Assembly (NCBI GenBank): GCA_040255345.1
Contig: JBDZUV010000001.1
Location: 920-64,919, forward strand
Reading direction: 5' to 3'
DNA length: 64,000 nucleotides
From: Actinomycetota bacterium
GTDB taxonomy: Bacteria > Actinomycetota > Acidimicrobiia > Acidimicrobiales > Iamiaceae
Of this stretch, positions 62,892 through 64,000 are shown piece by piece; within the stretch, counting starts at the first letter, position 1; each line of letters starts with the position of its first letter. The position numbers and the translations under genes are program-made. Below the pieces are notes generated by a model. That model made no database searches. It was not told the origin of the DNA and worked only from the letters and a program-made list of their open reading frames with translations.

Positions 62892-64000
62892 CCAGGCCAC
62901 AGACCGAGATCGACACCGCAGGCCTGCGCGCGTTCCTCGACGCGTCACCGACGCCGTGGCATGCGGCCGAAGCGGCTGCCCGCCTGCTGGCGGCTGCGGG
63001 GTTCGACGAGCTCGACCTGGAGCGCCCCTTCGACGCCGGTGGGCAGCGGTGTTACGTCCGGCGCGACGGCAGCCTGATCGCCTGGCAGGCGGGGGCCACG
63101 TCGGATGCCCCGAAACCGCTGCGGATCGCCGCGGCGCACACCGACAGTCCGGGATTCCGCATCAAGCCCCGGCCCGAGTCGACGGTCGCCGGGGCGCTCC
63201 GCCTCGGCGTCGAGGTGTACGGCGGCCCGCTGCTCAATTCGTGGCTCGACCGCGATCTGGGACTGGCCGGCACCGTCCTGGTCGACACCGGGGAGGGTCT
63301 CCAGACCCGTCCGGTCATCGACGACGAGCCGGTGCTGCGGATCCCGCAACTGGCGATCCACCTGGACCGTGCCGTGAACGACACCGGCCTGAAGCTCGAC
63401 CGTCAGCAGCATCTGCCCCTGCTCTGGGGTCTGGACGACGGCGCCGCGCACTTCGGCTCCTATGTCGCCGGTCTCGCCGGAGTCGACGCCCCGCAGGTAC
63501 GAGGGTGGAACCTGGCCCCCTTCGACCTGAATCCGGCGCGGATCTGCGGTCGCCGGGGTGAACTCCTGGCATCGGCCCGCCTGGACGACCTGTTGTCGTG
63601 TCACGCGGGCGTCGAGGCCCTGATCAGGGCGGAGCCGAGCGACGAGGTGATCTCGGTCGTCGTGCTCGTCGACCACGAGGAGGTCGGGAGCACGTCCGCA
63701 ACGGGAGCGGACGGGACCTTCGTGCCCCAGATCATCGAACGGATCTGCGCGGCGTCGGGTGCGGACCGGGAAGGCTTCCTGGTCGCCATGGCGTCCTCGC
63801 ATGCGGTCTCGCTCGACATGGCGCACGCGACGCATCCGAACCACGCTGAGCGTCACGATCCCGGCCACACGGTGTTCCTCGACGGTGGGCCGGTCGTGAA
63901 ACACAATGCCCAGCAGCGCTATGCCACCACGCCGGCGAGCCTCGCCCCGTTCCTGGCTGCGTGCGACGCGGCCGAGGTGGCCGTGCAACATTTCGTCTCC
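62888..64000 (+). CDS. M18-family aspartyl aminopeptidase, N-terminal about 370 aa; continues past the right window edge
   Basis: Absent from ORF track (no stop). Own translation from GTG 62888 (GTGA overlap with the DUF4388 stop) gives VTRPQTEIDTAGLRAFLDASPTPWHAAEAAARLL...IAAAHTDSPGFRIKP...VDHEEVGS...HATHPNH. The frame is open to position 64000. Confidence 0.8.
   Translation, partial: MTRPQTEIDTAGLRAFLDASPTPWHAAEAAARLLAAAGFDELDLERPFDAGGQRCYVRRDGSLIAWQAGATSDAPKPLRIAAAHTDSPGFRIKPRPESTVAGALRLGVEVYGGPLLNSWLDRDLGLAGTVLVDTGEGLQTRPVIDDEPVLRIPQLAIHLDRAVNDTGLKLDRQQHLPLLWGLDDGAAHFGSYVAGLAGVDAPQVRGWNLAPFDLNPARICGRRGELLASARLDDLLSCHAGVEALIRAEPSDEVISVVVLVDHEEVGSTSATGADGTFVPQIIERICAASGADREGFLVAMASSHAVSLDMAHATHPNHAERHDPGHTVFLDGGPVVKHNAQQRYATTPASLAPFLAACDAAEVAVQHFVS

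Noticed and set aside
1-64000. Search for CRISPR arrays, rRNA, transposases, integrases and long direct repeats
   Set aside because: No regularly spaced repeats, no rRNA-like sequence, and no DDE or tyrosine-recombinase motifs were recognised by eye. A repeat finder or HMM scan would be needed to exclude short or degenerate elements.

Overview
High-GC, gene-dense chromosomal segment with a strong G/C preference at codon position 3. The gene content points to Actinomycetota: FO synthase fbiC for F420, a cvnABCD conservon, GlnA-like gamma-glutamylation genes, Ppm1-type and GT-C mannosyltransferases, many GTG starts, and many 4-nt ATGA/GTGA start-stop overlaps. Finer taxonomy cannot be decided from the sequence alone.

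I call 55 protein-coding regions. Two of them run off the window edges and are absent from the ORF track, and one 59-aa sORF falls below the track's length cutoff. I also call one tRNA-Pro(GGG) and a few tentative hairpins and promoters. I saw no rRNA, CRISPR array, transposase or integrase. Many of the longest track ORFs (for example 4689..7919, 8507..11647, 15596..18136) are Arg/Gly/Pro-rich shadow frames of real genes on the other strand, and I rejected them. Several track ORFs were trimmed to internal starts using overlaps with upstream stops, Shine-Dalgarno motifs and protein N-termini.

Content from left to right:
- HsdR-like helicase fragment and tRNA-Pro
- leucine-catabolic pair (HMG-CoA lyase and carboxyltransferase)
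- PP2C phosphatase, ABC1 kinase and der
- arylsulfatase
- ispH
- fbiC and a LOG-family gene
- M20 peptidase and a Cys-cluster protein
- McrB-like and McrC-like pair
- typA
- ClC channel
- GH13 glucosidase
- RNase D
- PLP decarboxylase and a gamma-glutamyl (Puu/GlnA-like) catabolic cluster
- lipid head-group cluster (patatin, alpha/beta hydrolase, His phosphatase, two GDPDs)
- crotonase, lytic transglycosylase and a TPR protein
- Opp/Dpp-type ABC importer with no binding-protein gene
- cyclophilin and an acyl-CoA synthetase
- envelope glycosylation cluster (two GT-C enzymes, FAD oxidoreductase, Ppm1-like GT2, SAM methyltransferase)
- complete conservon with a divergent DUF4388 gene, and an M18 aminopeptidase

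The most unusual item is a McrBC-derived pair that appears to lack both the N-terminal reader domain and the nuclease domain (19196..21175). Other items worth a second look are the conservon/DUF4388 module, the binding-protein-less ABC importer with Cys-bearing loop insertions, two atypical long spacers carrying small-ORF candidates, and a possible ethanolamine-centred supra-operon (28024..38972). All functional calls rest on motif recognition by eye. No database search was run.
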